A DNA stretch of 64,000 nt from Lytechinus pictus (Eukaryota), in assembly GCF_037042905.1 (NCBI RefSeq), contig NC_087251.1:15688001-15752000 (forward strand). Direction: 5' to 3'. Position 1 is the stretch's first letter. Each line of letters begins with the position of its first letter. The notes beneath the pieces were generated by a model. The model was not told the origin of the DNA and did not search any database. It worked only from the letters and a program-made list of their open reading frames with translations. Positions 14,458-27,900 of the stretch are shown here, one piece after another. A program made the position numbers and the translations under genes.

Positions 14458-15494
14458 CTATCTCATTGCACCACCTATACCATACAACATCCCTCTTTCT
14501 ATTTCCTCCGCTGTGAGTGTCCCATGGATGCGTTCACACTTTGGGTTAAACACAGAGTAAGCGCTCTTTTCTCCTGGTTTCTTCTCCCCCTCTCCTCTAA
14601 GGTTAGCATAGATGATGTAGAAGAAGGAGAGAATGATGTAAATTGCACCGAAGCCAATGCATATGGATAGACCAAAGAGGGCAAGCCATAAGATGATTTT
14701 GAGTGCGAGTTGAAACGGGTCAATTGTGGAAGTTGAGTAAGGTTGGTTTGAGAAGCTCTGGAGAGTGACATCTGTCTTTGTATCTGTGGAATTTCCATCA
14801 TCCTGCCAAGATAAAAAAATAAAATAATTGAACAAAATTATATCAAAATTACCAAGACAAGTCCCAGAATAGACAGGAATCGTTGTTTCTGGGGATTTAT
14901 TCAATATTTTACTGTAGTTCAGCAGAACAACCAATTTACAAGGACTGAAGCTTTAGTTTTTGACTAAGTCTAAGGCCTAGTCCCAGAACAGCCAATGATG
15001 AATCTTCATACATATTGCAAAAGACATAAACTTGACAGAGCATTTAAATAGGGATTGATTGATTGAGGTTTAACATCACTTCCAACATGTGTCATAAGTG
15101 CCTCAATATTATTCTGTAAAATTATGGTATGGAAGAACATGAGTCATGATCAATCAATCATCATGCGAGTACAATAGGTCTAGAAGAAATATAAACTTAA
15201 AATTTAAGAGATCAAGACAAGTATTGTGAGTGACTGTGAGATATATACCTTATTCAAGCTTGTATCATCATCTCTTTCCTCTCCACTCTTTATGTTTTCA
15301 TCAACCTGTTGTTGAGACTTATGAGACTGAGAGGCATCCTTTTCTGTCACATTTTGTGAATGTGATGATGCATCCTCTTTGCGATTGCGGAAGAACAGAC
15401 CCCCACCAAATCCAAATAATCCTCCCGAATTCGAAGTCCTTTCATGCCTTTCTTTGGCCTTTTTGGCGCGATAAGCAGCTAATTGTTTCTCCAT
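14458..15494 (-). CDS. SAYSD1: SAYSvFN domain-containing protein 1 (196 aa)
   Basis: Exons 15494-15249 and 14802-14458, phase-0 GT-AG intron. N-terminus MEKQLAAYRAKK, a hydrophobic hairpin, then SAYSVFNPKCERIHGTLTAE. Confidence 0.95.
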
Positions 15495-15940
15495 ATCTAC
15501 GTGAATCTGGTGTTATTTGAATGGTCAACAAAAATCATTGATAACATTGCACTACCACGTAAGTACCACGGTGGGTTTGTGAATTGAACTTTGTAGGTGC
15601 CTGCATGCCAGCAGCTGACATTATCATTGATCAGTCGATATCAATATGTATTACGTGTATTTGGGAGCGTGGTCGAATTGCTAATCTGTGTTTATATTAT
15701 TTCAACGATCGCTTCATTACTTAATTCATATTTTAATTCTTTTGTTTACTAAAAATTCTATCATATCAACAATTTAAAAATTTTCATGGTACTAATTTAT
15801 TTTTATAATTTAAATTTGGGCTAAAACACTGAATAAAATAAGAAATATTCATATTACTTCAGCAAATTATTGTATAAGACTAACATGTCAGCGCCCATGT
15901 ATTTTACCAGCTGGGATTTGAGGCGAGAAAAGACTGTGCT
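15495..15940. promoter_or_regulatory. Putative bidirectional promoter between SAYSD1 and TASP1
   Basis: Divergent start codons at 15494 (-) and 15941 (+) are separated by only 446 bp. TSSs cannot be determined from sequence. Confidence 0.6.
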
Positions 15941-18900
15941 ATGTCTGGATTTATTGCTGTTCATCTAGGTTAGATGTTATTAGGTGTTATCCCATGATTT
16001 GTAAAAATATTTCGGCCACATTTTGTTTGACTTTTTTAGGAAATTCCAACTTTGGAAAGTGAAATTTATTGCCTGGTAGGCTAGGCCAACATGAAGTTCC
16101 TCACACAAATTTAAAGACAAAGTCATAGTCAGAGAAATAATTCGCTGCCGATTTCAAAACATCGCATGCGGATGCGATATGCGCGAGGTACCGGGTCCAG
16201 TCCGAGCTCGGACCCTCGTGCATGCGATGTTTTGAAATCGGCAGCGAATTATTTATACGTGTGACTATGAGGAACTTCATGTTCGCTCTAAATCACCAAT
16301 TTTGAGACTGATAGAAGCATGGAAAAGAAGTGAAACTTTGTGTAAAGTAAGAATAAGATAGTTTTAATTGTTAAATTAAAGATCGTGATGTTGCATGAAT
16401 TTTATTTTCCCCCCATAAAATCCCACCTTAGCCTAAGCTAAGGCCCTAAAGTTAGGCTTTGTCACTCGGAATTATCAATATCATTATCAGATCGAGTTCA
16501 CGGTCTCGAAGTTCGGGTAGGTGGAGCGTAGTGTAGCGGTAGTGAAGTAGAGTGGAGCCTGCACGAACTTCGCTCGAGGTAGCTATCGGCCAGCTCAGAA
16601 CGGGCCTGCGCTGCGGCTGAGGTTTGATTACCGTAGCTCAAGTGATGTTCGTGCAGGCTCCACTCCACTACCGCTACACCTACCCATAGTGTAGCAGTAG
16701 TGAAGTGGAGTGGAGCCTGCACGAACATCACTTGAATTTGAGGTATGGTTTGATCTGATCGGTCGAAGGAACCTTCGCTTCGCCTTCGGCTCCAATCGAA
16801 GGGGCGTGGCGGTGTGTCAGTGTCTCGTCAAGATTGGAGGACTTGGACGCGGACTCGAGAGTCGAGGGAAAACTGTTTATCGACATTCTGTATTATCTTG
16901 GTTTATTGGTTAACTGCAGCCTCAGGATCAGGCACACTTCCACAGTTCTGGGAAATGGAAGCATGTCCTCATAAAACTAGACGCATTATATTAATTAAAG
17001 ATTTGAATAGATTTTACATCTAGAATAGATCTAGACAGCTTTATTTAGGAAATTGGTATCAATGGAAAGTAGAGAAAATTTCTGTTTATTTTGAGTTTTG
17101 ATAGGTCTAGATCTAGACCTATTTCGGTGATCTTACTAGATCTAGACCTTATGTCTATTTTCTAATTCATGTTGAGAAAACATTTTTTGAAAATGAAATA
17201 GCATATAATACAAACAAACATAATTATACACATGGACATTTACAGGATAAATGCCCTATAGATCTATTATGTTGAGTGTTTCACCATGGTAATGATTATT
17301 GATATAATAAAAAAAATCAATTGCTATGATTTAGAATTATCTACATGTATTTGTCATTTTACAGGATGTCTTTTAAAAAGAAATTGAAAAATTATTAAAA
17401 AATAGCCATTAAATTTTTTTTTTAATTTCCATCTTGATTGAAGTGTATTGTCCACATTCTTTTAGATGCATAAGCTTTCGTAGCAGACTGTTTTGGTGGA
17501 CAATTTTGTCATAGATATTTGAACTGAAAAATACCCTTATGTAAGGCAGCTTGGCACATTGATTTTTCAGAACTGTGTATAAGTATGAAAATTCTCCTAC
17601 CCAGGGGACTGTACTACACACCTGAAGATATAACTTGAGTGTTTTTATTCCTTATGAGTAATTCACCTGTTTTTATTTTACATTTTAGGTGCAGGATATC
17701 ATTCACCTGAGAGGAAATGTGAATACAATGATACTGTGAATAAAGCATGCCAACAGGTACTTATATCTTTGTAAACTTAACAAATGTCAGTGCTGTGTCT
17801 AAGGAATAAAGGCGCTGAGCATTCCTGATTGTGTTTTTTTAGAATGATGAGGATTAGTGATAATGAGTTTGTGGGATTCCTGCTGAAGAACAGAGTCTTG
17901 AACACAAGTCCTTACTTGTAATTTTGAATTTTTTGCTTCCATCTGGTAGAGCTTAATGAGGTTCACCAAAGTTCTACACAGAATTTTGAAATTTTGACTA
18001 GAACAATTTTTATGCTAATTTATGCGAAATTAATTTATGCATATTTTTAAAAATTCACATAAAATGCTTCTTCTTTATTTGTTGACCGATTTTGATTTTT
18101 TTTCTTCCATCTGGTAGAGCTTCATAAGGTTCACCAAACTTCTACACAGAATTTTTAAATCTGGAGTAGAAAATTATTTATGCTAATTTATGCGAAATTC
18201 ATAAATCACAGAAAATGCCTCTTCTCTATTTGTTGACTGAATGTCAAAATGCTTCTTCGTCATTTCAATTCTGTTTGCTTTATATGATAGCATTAGGTGG
18301 GGATTCACAACTTCTACACAGAATTTTGAAACTCATTAAATATGCTAATTTATGCGCATTTTTCAAAATTCACAAAATATGCTTCTCCTTTATTTGGGCA
18401 TTTTCACGGTAACTGACGCTACACTGCACAATTTTTTCACACCTTTCATTGTGTGTATATCTAAAACAACAAATGATGTGAGTTTGCTTTTGATATCTAG
18501 AGTTAATAAAGTGAACCTTGCTGTATACTCTGATACTAAGCAAAAATGTGTCAGTAACTGACATTACGCAAAAAGGACATGCAATTTCAAGGTGTTCAGT
18601 AAATTTGAAATATCTCATGTCCCTGAGTAGATAGAGTAATAATTTGAATATGTAAATATACCTGCGTTACTAGGTTAAGATGTGTCAAAATATTAAACAA
18701 TTCGTTTTTGTCTTTTGGGGGCTATGATAATTTTTCCACGACCATGCTGGTAGCTGACATTACGGTAATTGACGTGACACTTAATTTGCCATAAAGATAA
18801 CACATGGAAGCCAAATGTGTGGAATCATTGCATTGTATCTTCTGTGCAGGGCTTCACATGAAAGTGAGCTTGATGTGGAAGTATACCCGAGTTTCTAGGA

Positions 18901-21900
18901 ACATTTCAATGAAAAAACTTTTTCTTTTTCTTAATTCCTTTCTTTGATTTGAACATTTTTATTATTACTTGTAGGTAACTGACAATACACATTAACATTT
19001 ACCAGTGCTATGTGATTTTCAAAGGCATAATTTTCTTGGTACTTATATGTAAAGGCTTTCTTAAATCATAAAAGTTTCATCATACTTCACATTTTAAGTT
19101 ATCAAAAGATAAAAAAATGTATGTTTTACTTGCTCAGGGGGGGGGGGTCATAGCAGCTACATGTATTCCTATAGTAATTTGATATTTCATTGACAGTACA
19201 CCTGGATTTTTCTGACTGTACACCCATTTACATATCAGTTTTATATTGAAATTTTAAACCTTTTCCTTCTCCAACCTCCCCCTCCCCTCAAAAAATGCAA
19301 AATGAATAAGGGTCTCCTTCCCTAGGCTACCCCTCCCCCGAATCTCATGCAGCCCTGCAGTTTTATTGATTTCTATTCTGGTCAGTGCAAGCAATGCTTG
19401 TTCATATCTGTCGGATTTCAATTTTCTTCATAATTTGTTTAATAATTCTCTTTGCTAATTTCTTTTTTAAGCAGTCAACAAAAATAAACTCCAGCTTCTA
19501 ATCTGAAACTGAACTATTTGTAAATTAGAAAAATAAAGACACAGCTTTAGTAGATCCATGCAACATTGATCAGAACTGTCAAATTTCACTTTTCATCTAT
19601 ACTTGTAAACCAAAAACAAAAATTGTATCACACATTAACACACTACTAACAGGTATAAAAACCAGGAATTTACTCAAAGCCTGGCAATGCTCAATAGAAT
19701 CATAGGAACTAAAAAAAGGGGCCCTGGAAACCCCCATTCATCGCAATGTTAAGCTTATCAAATGTTGCAGATTTAGGCAGTAGGTTGGGAAAAGTATCCC
19801 CTCCCCCCAAAACCAAAAAAAAATATTGTCTAATACAAACAATTAGGTACTTGGTAAACTTGTACACATATGCAAAACTATTTCATTGTATTTTTTTGCA
19901 CGATGGGAATGCAACTTCCTTCATAATTTTATATAATATTCCTTGTGAACTATAACTTTAAAAAGTAAATAGCAAGCTCCTTCTGGTGTGATTTAACTAA
20001 TTGAAAGACTTAAATAACAAGTATACAATATTTCTTCACCATAAAATTGATCACAGTTGCATTTCACTATTATAGTAACCAATGTTTTTTCATGGTAACT
20101 GACATTGCATCTCGGTAACTGACATTACATTTTCCACTTGGTAACTGACGTTACACATATTTAATGGTACCCTAAGGCTTGATTGTTATTTGATTATATT
20201 TAATTTTGGTGTAGAAGGGAGGGGTGTTACCTAAGGAGGGAATCTACCAAGTTTCATATAATATATCCTCTTTTCTGGGAAATGAGAAAAAAGTTCATGT
20301 TTTTGGTAACTGATGTTACATACCACATCACATACTTCATCAATATTTTTTTATCAGATAAATGAATTCCTGGTGTTTCTTTCTATGGGATTTTATAAAG
20401 TGTTATAATAGCAAGCTAAATCACAGGGGAAAACATCATGATCAAAACCTGTTCTTAAAAATTCTGTCAAAACATATTATGTATCAATATACCATTTTCA
20501 ACACTAATTTGTATCCATACTTTGGCGGCCATTTTGAAATAAAAAATGGCTGCCAGAATGGAAAAATAAAAATTGTCCCAGAAACTTCAGGTCTTGTATT
20601 ATTAAAAAACATAAAGCATTTGACATGAATATCAATTTGATTTTTTTGCCTCTGTGTCCATCTGTGGTGAAAATGCCCATTTGTCGACCGATTTTGAATT
20701 TTTTGCCTCCATCTGGTAGAGCTTCATGAGGTTCACTAAAACTTCTTCACAGAATACACAGAATTTTGACTAGAACAAGTTTTATACTAATTTATGCAAA
20801 ATTAATTTATACATATTTTTAAAAATTCACATAAAATGCTTCTTCTTTATTTGTTGACCGATTTTGATTTTTTTTCTTCCATCTGGTATAGCTTCATGAG
20901 GTTCACCAAACTTCTACACAGAATTTTTAAATCTGGAGTAGAAAATTATTTATGCTAATTTATGCTAAATTCATAAATCACAGAAAATGCCTCTTCTCTA
21001 TTTGTTGATTGAATGTCAAAATGCTTCCTCGTCATTTCAAGGCTGATTTCAATTCTGTTTGCTTTATATGATAGCATTAGGTGGGGGATTTACAACTTCT
21101 ACACAGAATTTTGAAACTCATTAAATATGCTAATTTATGCATATTTTTAAAAATTCACATAAAATGCTTCTTCTTCTTTAATTGTTGACCGATTTTGATT
21201 TTTTTTCTTTCATCTTGTAGAACTTCATGAGGTTCACCAAATTTCTACACAGAATTTTTAAATTTTGTCTAGAAAATTATTTATGCCAATTTATGCAAAA
21301 TTTATTATAAATCTCAAAAAATGTTTTTCTTTATTTGTTGATCAATTTAAATATTGTTTGACACTTTATATGATAGCTTGAGGTGGTGATACAAAATTTC
21401 AACACAGAATTTTGAAACTCATTAAATATGCTAATTTATTCATATATTTTCGAAACTCACAAAAAATACATATTTGTTGATTGATTTTGATTATTTTTGT
21501 TCCATCAGAGAGCTACATTAGGTTCACCAAGGTTCTACACAGAGTTTAGAAATTTTGACTAGAAAATTATTTATGCTTACATGTAATTTATATGAAATTT
21601 ATTCATAGATAACAAAAAACGCTTCTACGTCATTTCTTCATCAATTTCAATTCTGTATCCTCAATTTATGTCACCAATATAATTCACTACAGTGTCGACT
21701 GGGCTGAAATGAAAATTGTGTTAAATTTCCTTGCGAGATGCCGGATGAGCTCCACATCATTGATGTGCTAGTTGTTATCTGGAATCATCTTTTAATGAAA
21801 ATGAGCAGATCAACTAGTAATGGTATTACTTTGAATGAATCATAATCAATTAAAACAAGGTCATTCATATTCAGTGTATCATTGACATTGAGGATCAGAG

Positions 21901-24900
21901 AGAGAGAGGAAGAGAGCGCTCTGCAGAAAATTAAATGAAATCGTCATAATTTAGTATTTTATAATTTAATTTTGCAGGCAATATCTCTGCTGAAAGATGG
22001 TGCAAGTGCAGTGGATGCAGTTTCTGTAGCAGTATCAACTCTTGAGGTCTGTATTTGAGTATCGAGTTATACTAAAGTATTGTTTTAATATGGAATATTT
22101 ATATCTGTCAATATTTAATGCCAAATATGCACAGCCCCAAATACTGTACAATCTCTTGATAATTTACTGTAATTTGTATACATTGCAGGATAGTCCCTGT
22201 ACAAATGCTGGCCTTGGATCCAACCTGACTATAGAGGGTAGTGTTGAGTGTGATGCTGGAATCATGGATGGAGACTCTCTGCATTTTGGAGCTGTTGGGG
22301 CATTAGGAGGTATCTTTCCTCATTATGCATTCTTATTATTTCATGAATAGGTTTCTTATTTTCTTGTGACCGGTCTTGTTCATTGTAGATGTTTCCCATT
22401 TGCAAAGTGAATGCATATTTTCATTCTTTTGACCATATTCGTCAGACATAATATGATTTTGAAATTCTATTTTGCCCATTGTCATCCTGATTATAGATTG
22501 ACAATCATTCGTGCTATAGCATCAGGAAATAATATATGAATTCATACTAAAAATGAAGTGTAAGACTTATATGATATTCATTTTGAATCACAAACTTGAT
22601 AATTACATAAATTTAATGGAATCAAGTAAAACTTAAAGACATCAAATATATAAAGGATTGATCTAGTCTGTTATTGTTAGTTTGGAATGGATCTCTTTTT
22701 TTAGCAGTCAAACCTACATTATGTTAGTAGCCATCTGTGTACGACAGTCACCTGCCTATAGTGACCACTAAAAACCAAATCCCACCGAGGCAGAATATGT
22801 GTATGATAACCCTCTTACAGCAGCCACTTGTCTTTAAAGGTAACATTTGTTGTTTCCCTTGGGCAGTCACCAGAAATAGGTTTCACTGTATTTGTATTTC
22901 ATCCACTTATTATAACAACTCTTTTAGGGGAGGGGTGTCTTTGTAATGAATATATTTGATGTGACTACTTTTGATTAAATGCGATTAATCTTTACTCAAA
23001 GGAATACGGAACCCAGTTAAAGTAGCCAAAGCTTTATTGTGTGAACAGTGCAAAGGACTGATGTCTTATGGTCGAATTCCACCATGGTGAGTACCGGTAT
23101 GACAGATCAGATATCTTAGCTTGCCCTGCCTATCCAATCATTCACGACTATGGGAAGACATCTTGCTTGAATAAGACTATTGAGATATTGCTGAAAGTCC
23201 ACAAAATTGTTTTGCTTGATCTTTCAATGAACTTTTAGTGATCTCTGTAGTCTCCAAAACTTTTTGAAACAGTTCAAAACAGACTTTGGGAAAAGGTCTA
23301 TTAGTTTTTCCATGATCTTTAGAAAATCATGGAAATAATATATCGACTGCGGAGATATCGAAGGATGATTGAAAGACCATTGAATATAATCTTTATAATG
23401 GATCTGAATGATGATGTTAAAGTGGTATGTCAGTTCATGTGTATGTAGATGTATATGCCCCCCCCTAGAGTATGAGCAAATGTATCTTTCTATTCATAAA
23501 TTTTCTGATCATTTTTTCTTTAGTGTAATGGTTGGGAATGGCGCCCTCCAGTGGGCTCGAGATCATGGTTTCAAGGAGGTCAACACAAGTTCCCTAATCA
23601 CACCAAAGGCTCTTTCTTCCTATCGGAAACACAAGAGGGCGCTGTCAGAGTATAGCACCTTACCACTAGATCAGCAAGAAACACCTCCAAAGAGAGTGAA
23701 GGGAGATAGGCCCCAAGTGGTAGGCTTTTCTTACATTGTTTTTTAAATTGTGAAAATTGTCATATCTATAGTCTATCCCTAGGAATGGGAATTCTCCTGC
23801 AAACATTTGTGGAAGGCTAATTTGTGTTTTAACACATTAGTAATGCAGACATTTGTATGATAAGGGTAGTGATGATAATGATATTGATAATTTTTAATAT
23901 TCCTGATAATGAATTGTATTATAGCAATAATAATGATATATAAGTACATGACCATTATGGTGAAAAAAGACATCAAAATGATTATAATAGAAATGAATAC
24001 TGATGATTATAATATTAATATTGATGATAATGATAATAATCACAATGCTGATGATAATGGTGATTACTTTTGTGACTAACAGAAACTTACTGAATTCAAA
24101 TTAAGATGAAAAGTTGATACTTGATAATCTAACAAAGAAATCATAATGTATGAGGAGCCCACAACGTACAAATTTATGTGTTTTTAATAAAATATTTATT
24201 ATGGGGTTCTCTTATGAATATCTTATTTTTTATAAATACCTGAATTTATATGGCAGTATGCTTTTTTTTTAATATAATGATGGTACATTATAATAATGCT
24301 TATTGTATTGAATCTGATTCTTGATTTGTATTTGGTTTGGAAATGAAAATAATGAAAATGAAAATACTTTTTTCTCCCTTGTAAACCAGATAGAGAGGGA
24401 CACCATGCTAGACACAGTTGGTGCAGTATGCGTGGACAGCAGAGGTCAAATTGCTAGTGCTGTGTCCAGTGGGGGTATAGCCCTTAAACACCCAGGAAGA
24501 GTGGGACATGTAAGCAGCATTTATCATTTAACCTGGTGTATTTTAAAACATGTGATTACTGCACTTATAAACATACACTCATATCTACAAACCTATCCTC
24601 AAACATAGAGGTTCATTGGATTGACGCCTTTCACACCAATGCCAAACATTGCCAACCTAACATTTCAGCACATAGGGTTTACTCACTGACAACAATCATA
24701 GCCTTTCACATTAGGTGAGTGGAGGGTATCTACAAAATGGTTTATTTATCTTATTACTACACACACATATTCAGTGACTTGGGGGAATGAATAAGAAGCA
24801 AGAATTCTTTGGTACAAATCCTTTAGCCATATTTCAGCCTCGAGTTTGATATCGCTTAAATCAAGAAAGTGAGCCCTGCTACTCTGAAAACCATAATGGA

Positions 24901-27900
24901 GCCTAATTGTGCCCCAAATGTTATTGAGTGAGGTAGAGTCATGGATGATCGAATTGCACAAGATTATTGGGCAATAATTGGCAATTTGTCTATAGCATCA
25001 GCTCTAACATAGTATGGTTGGACCTACCCCTTATCGACCACCTAACGTTAAAATCATGATATCAACACATATATTTATCAGATTTACCTAAAATCACCTA
25101 TTTAGAGCAAAAAATTCCGCAGATTCACGTCATCCAACTTCGACATCGGCTCGATCGCTATCAGTATGGAACGCCGCGACGTACGAAAAGCTTGTTTTTT
25201 CGTTGCGCTATTTTAACCCTTTTTATGAACCGACCACCCGCCCTCTATTGATTATGCACGCTTAGTGAACGTGCGGTGAACGTGGTTCTTTTTTCATATA
25301 CTTTTTTCGTTCTTATTCTTGTCTAAGCTTCTTCTTTTTTTCTTCACTTCCTACTTCTTTTCTTTTCCACTTTCTTCATTTTCTTTTCTTTTCCTCCTCT
25401 GCTTTCTCCTTCCTCTTCTTCTTCTTATTTTTTGTCATCTCTTTTTATTATTCTTCTATGTCTCCTTTATTTTCTTCTTCTGCTTCTTCTTCTATGTTTC
25501 CTTGTTCTTAATGTTATCATTTTCAGAATCATTATTATCATTTTAGTTTGTCATTTTTGAAAACTTTTTTTTTATATCATCTGTGTCATTGTTATCATGC
25601 CCATTATTTTGTCTTTAGTTTTGTCATTAATAATTATACTTATCATTATTTTTAATGTTATTATTATTGTTATTATTATCACATCATCATCATCATGTTA
25701 TTAATGTTATTATCATATTAAATTCAGTCATTCACGCTCTTTTTTTAAAATCAATTGATCTAATTTTTTTTTGCACATTTACTCAAATAAACACACGCAT
25801 CAAATCAACCACCCACACTCACACACACTCATGCATACACAGGGGCTCACTAGTTTGCTGTAACTCTCCCTTAATTTTTCTCTGTTTATATACATGTTCA
25901 ACAACTGAGTAGTCGAATGTATTATTCCACATTTATAAAAGTGCTCTCATGCCATTTACAAATCCTCAAACAACATACCAATTGTCTCTGTCGCATAGCT
26001 TTCAAACACAATAAATGATTACTGAACACGATTTTGAAATTCAACTTTTATCTGATGTAGATATATTTCTTGAATTTATTTTTCTTTTTCTATTTTTTTT
26101 TTTCTTCAATGGCAAGGGCACATATATACATCGTCTTTTCCAAACCTCCGGCTTGACCCCGTGCAGTACTTTTGATGGACCCAGTGTGTGCAACCCTTAC
26201 TGTCGCAAGCCACCCAGGAGAAGATCTCGACATGGTCTTGAGGAGGGTGAGGGGGTGTGTTTCTCCTGCACACACAGCATGGATTTTCATCTTCTTCATC
26301 ATCTGTATCGTTGCTGGTCGGAAGATTAACGAAGAGGCGCCTGCTTGCTGCTGCTGATGATGATGGTCCTGCCTTACTGGTAGCTTTCTTCTGCTTCCCT
26401 TTAGACAGCTTCGCTGTGCTCCTCTCCTCCTCGGCCCTGATTAGCTTGAGAAAGATGTTGTTTTCTGTTATGCTAACTCCTGAAGCCCTGTAGTATTTCT
26501 TGCAGACTGCTCTTTTCTTCTGTGTTGCTTCAGGAGGAGATGGTGTTCTCGATGACAAGAACAGATCTGCTTCACTGGGTGCCTGATTCGTCCTTCCTTG
26601 GGTTTCGCCCATGTCACCCATAGGACCAATCTGATGTATTTCTCCTGAAGAGGTAGTGGATGACTTCGGTGTCACGAGTGTGCTCGTCCTCGATACTTCA
26701 CCAATCTTTACTGCATTCAGGTCAAGTGGAAAGATCCCTGTCTTCCGGAATGCTGCCTTAAGATTCTCTTCCTTGAGAGCTCGAAGGTATGCTGCTGAAG
26801 AGAGCCGAGCGATTTCATATCTCATTATCACCTGTCCGGGGTTCTTCTGCATGTACAGGGCACACTCTTGATTATATGCTGATTTCATTGCAGAAAAACA
26901 GGCGACGTCAAGGGGTTGAGTGATGTGTGATGTGTGTGCTGGCAGCACAAAGAGAATGAATTGATTTGCCCTGGCGAAGTCAATGACCGTGGTGCTGATA
27001 TGAGAGGTGTGGCCATCGTACATGAGCAAGACATATTCACCATCTTCTCTTGGAGGCAGGGATGGCACAAAGTGCTCCGTCAGGAACTTGGAGAAGACGG
27101 CTCCATTACTCCATCCTGTCTCCGTAAGTGTCATCTTTGACCCAGGTAGTGCACCATCCATCAACTCTGGCATCATCCTCTTGCCCTTGAAGACGTAGTA
27201 TGGAGGAAGAGCCCTACCAGCAGCGTTACCACAAGCCAGGACTGTGGTAGTGGCAATCCGATGCGATGTTACCAAATTTGTTCTGGATCCTTGATCTACA
27301 CAAACAACCTTCGGCGGCTTATGCTCCGCATTGATGTTGGTTTCATCAACATTGTAGATGTGGTATGGCTTGTCTCTGAGATTGTACCTGTCCATGACCT
27401 GACGGAGTTCCTCGAAGTATTTTGACAGAACAGCTTCCGTCGTTGATTTTGCCCTACTCATCTGAAGCTTGCAGGGTGCCACAAGACGAAGGTCTGGCCA
27501 TCTTTGCCTACAGAGACAATACCAAGTGTCTGATAGTAGTCTTCCCTTGGCCTTTTCCTCTCTTCTTCCAAGTTCATCTGTCATATTGGTAGCTAGATGA
27601 ATAACCTGTAGAAAAATAAGCAAAAATTGCAAAGCATAAGAATAATGCATTCATTTTTATTTCAATTTATTCATACATCGCATATTTTTTATCAAATCAT
27701 GGTTTAAAATATGATTGAAATAAAACGAAACTAATAAATTACCTGGGTTTTAGTCAGACCATAGCCATATGATGAGAGCTTGTGCAGATGCTCAACTAGA
27801 GCCCTCTCGTCCTCCTGGGTCAAAATAGAGCCCCTTCCAAGATCCATGCTTGATTTGGTTCTTCCCCGTAATCTGTCAAGTAATGTCGTCTTGGGGATTC

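Noticed and set aside
27606..27650. ORF-track N-terminus [15 protein letters not shown] of the 514-aa ORF as a signal peptide
   Set aside because: It is intron sequence ending at the acceptor. The real upstream part is the HTH exon.
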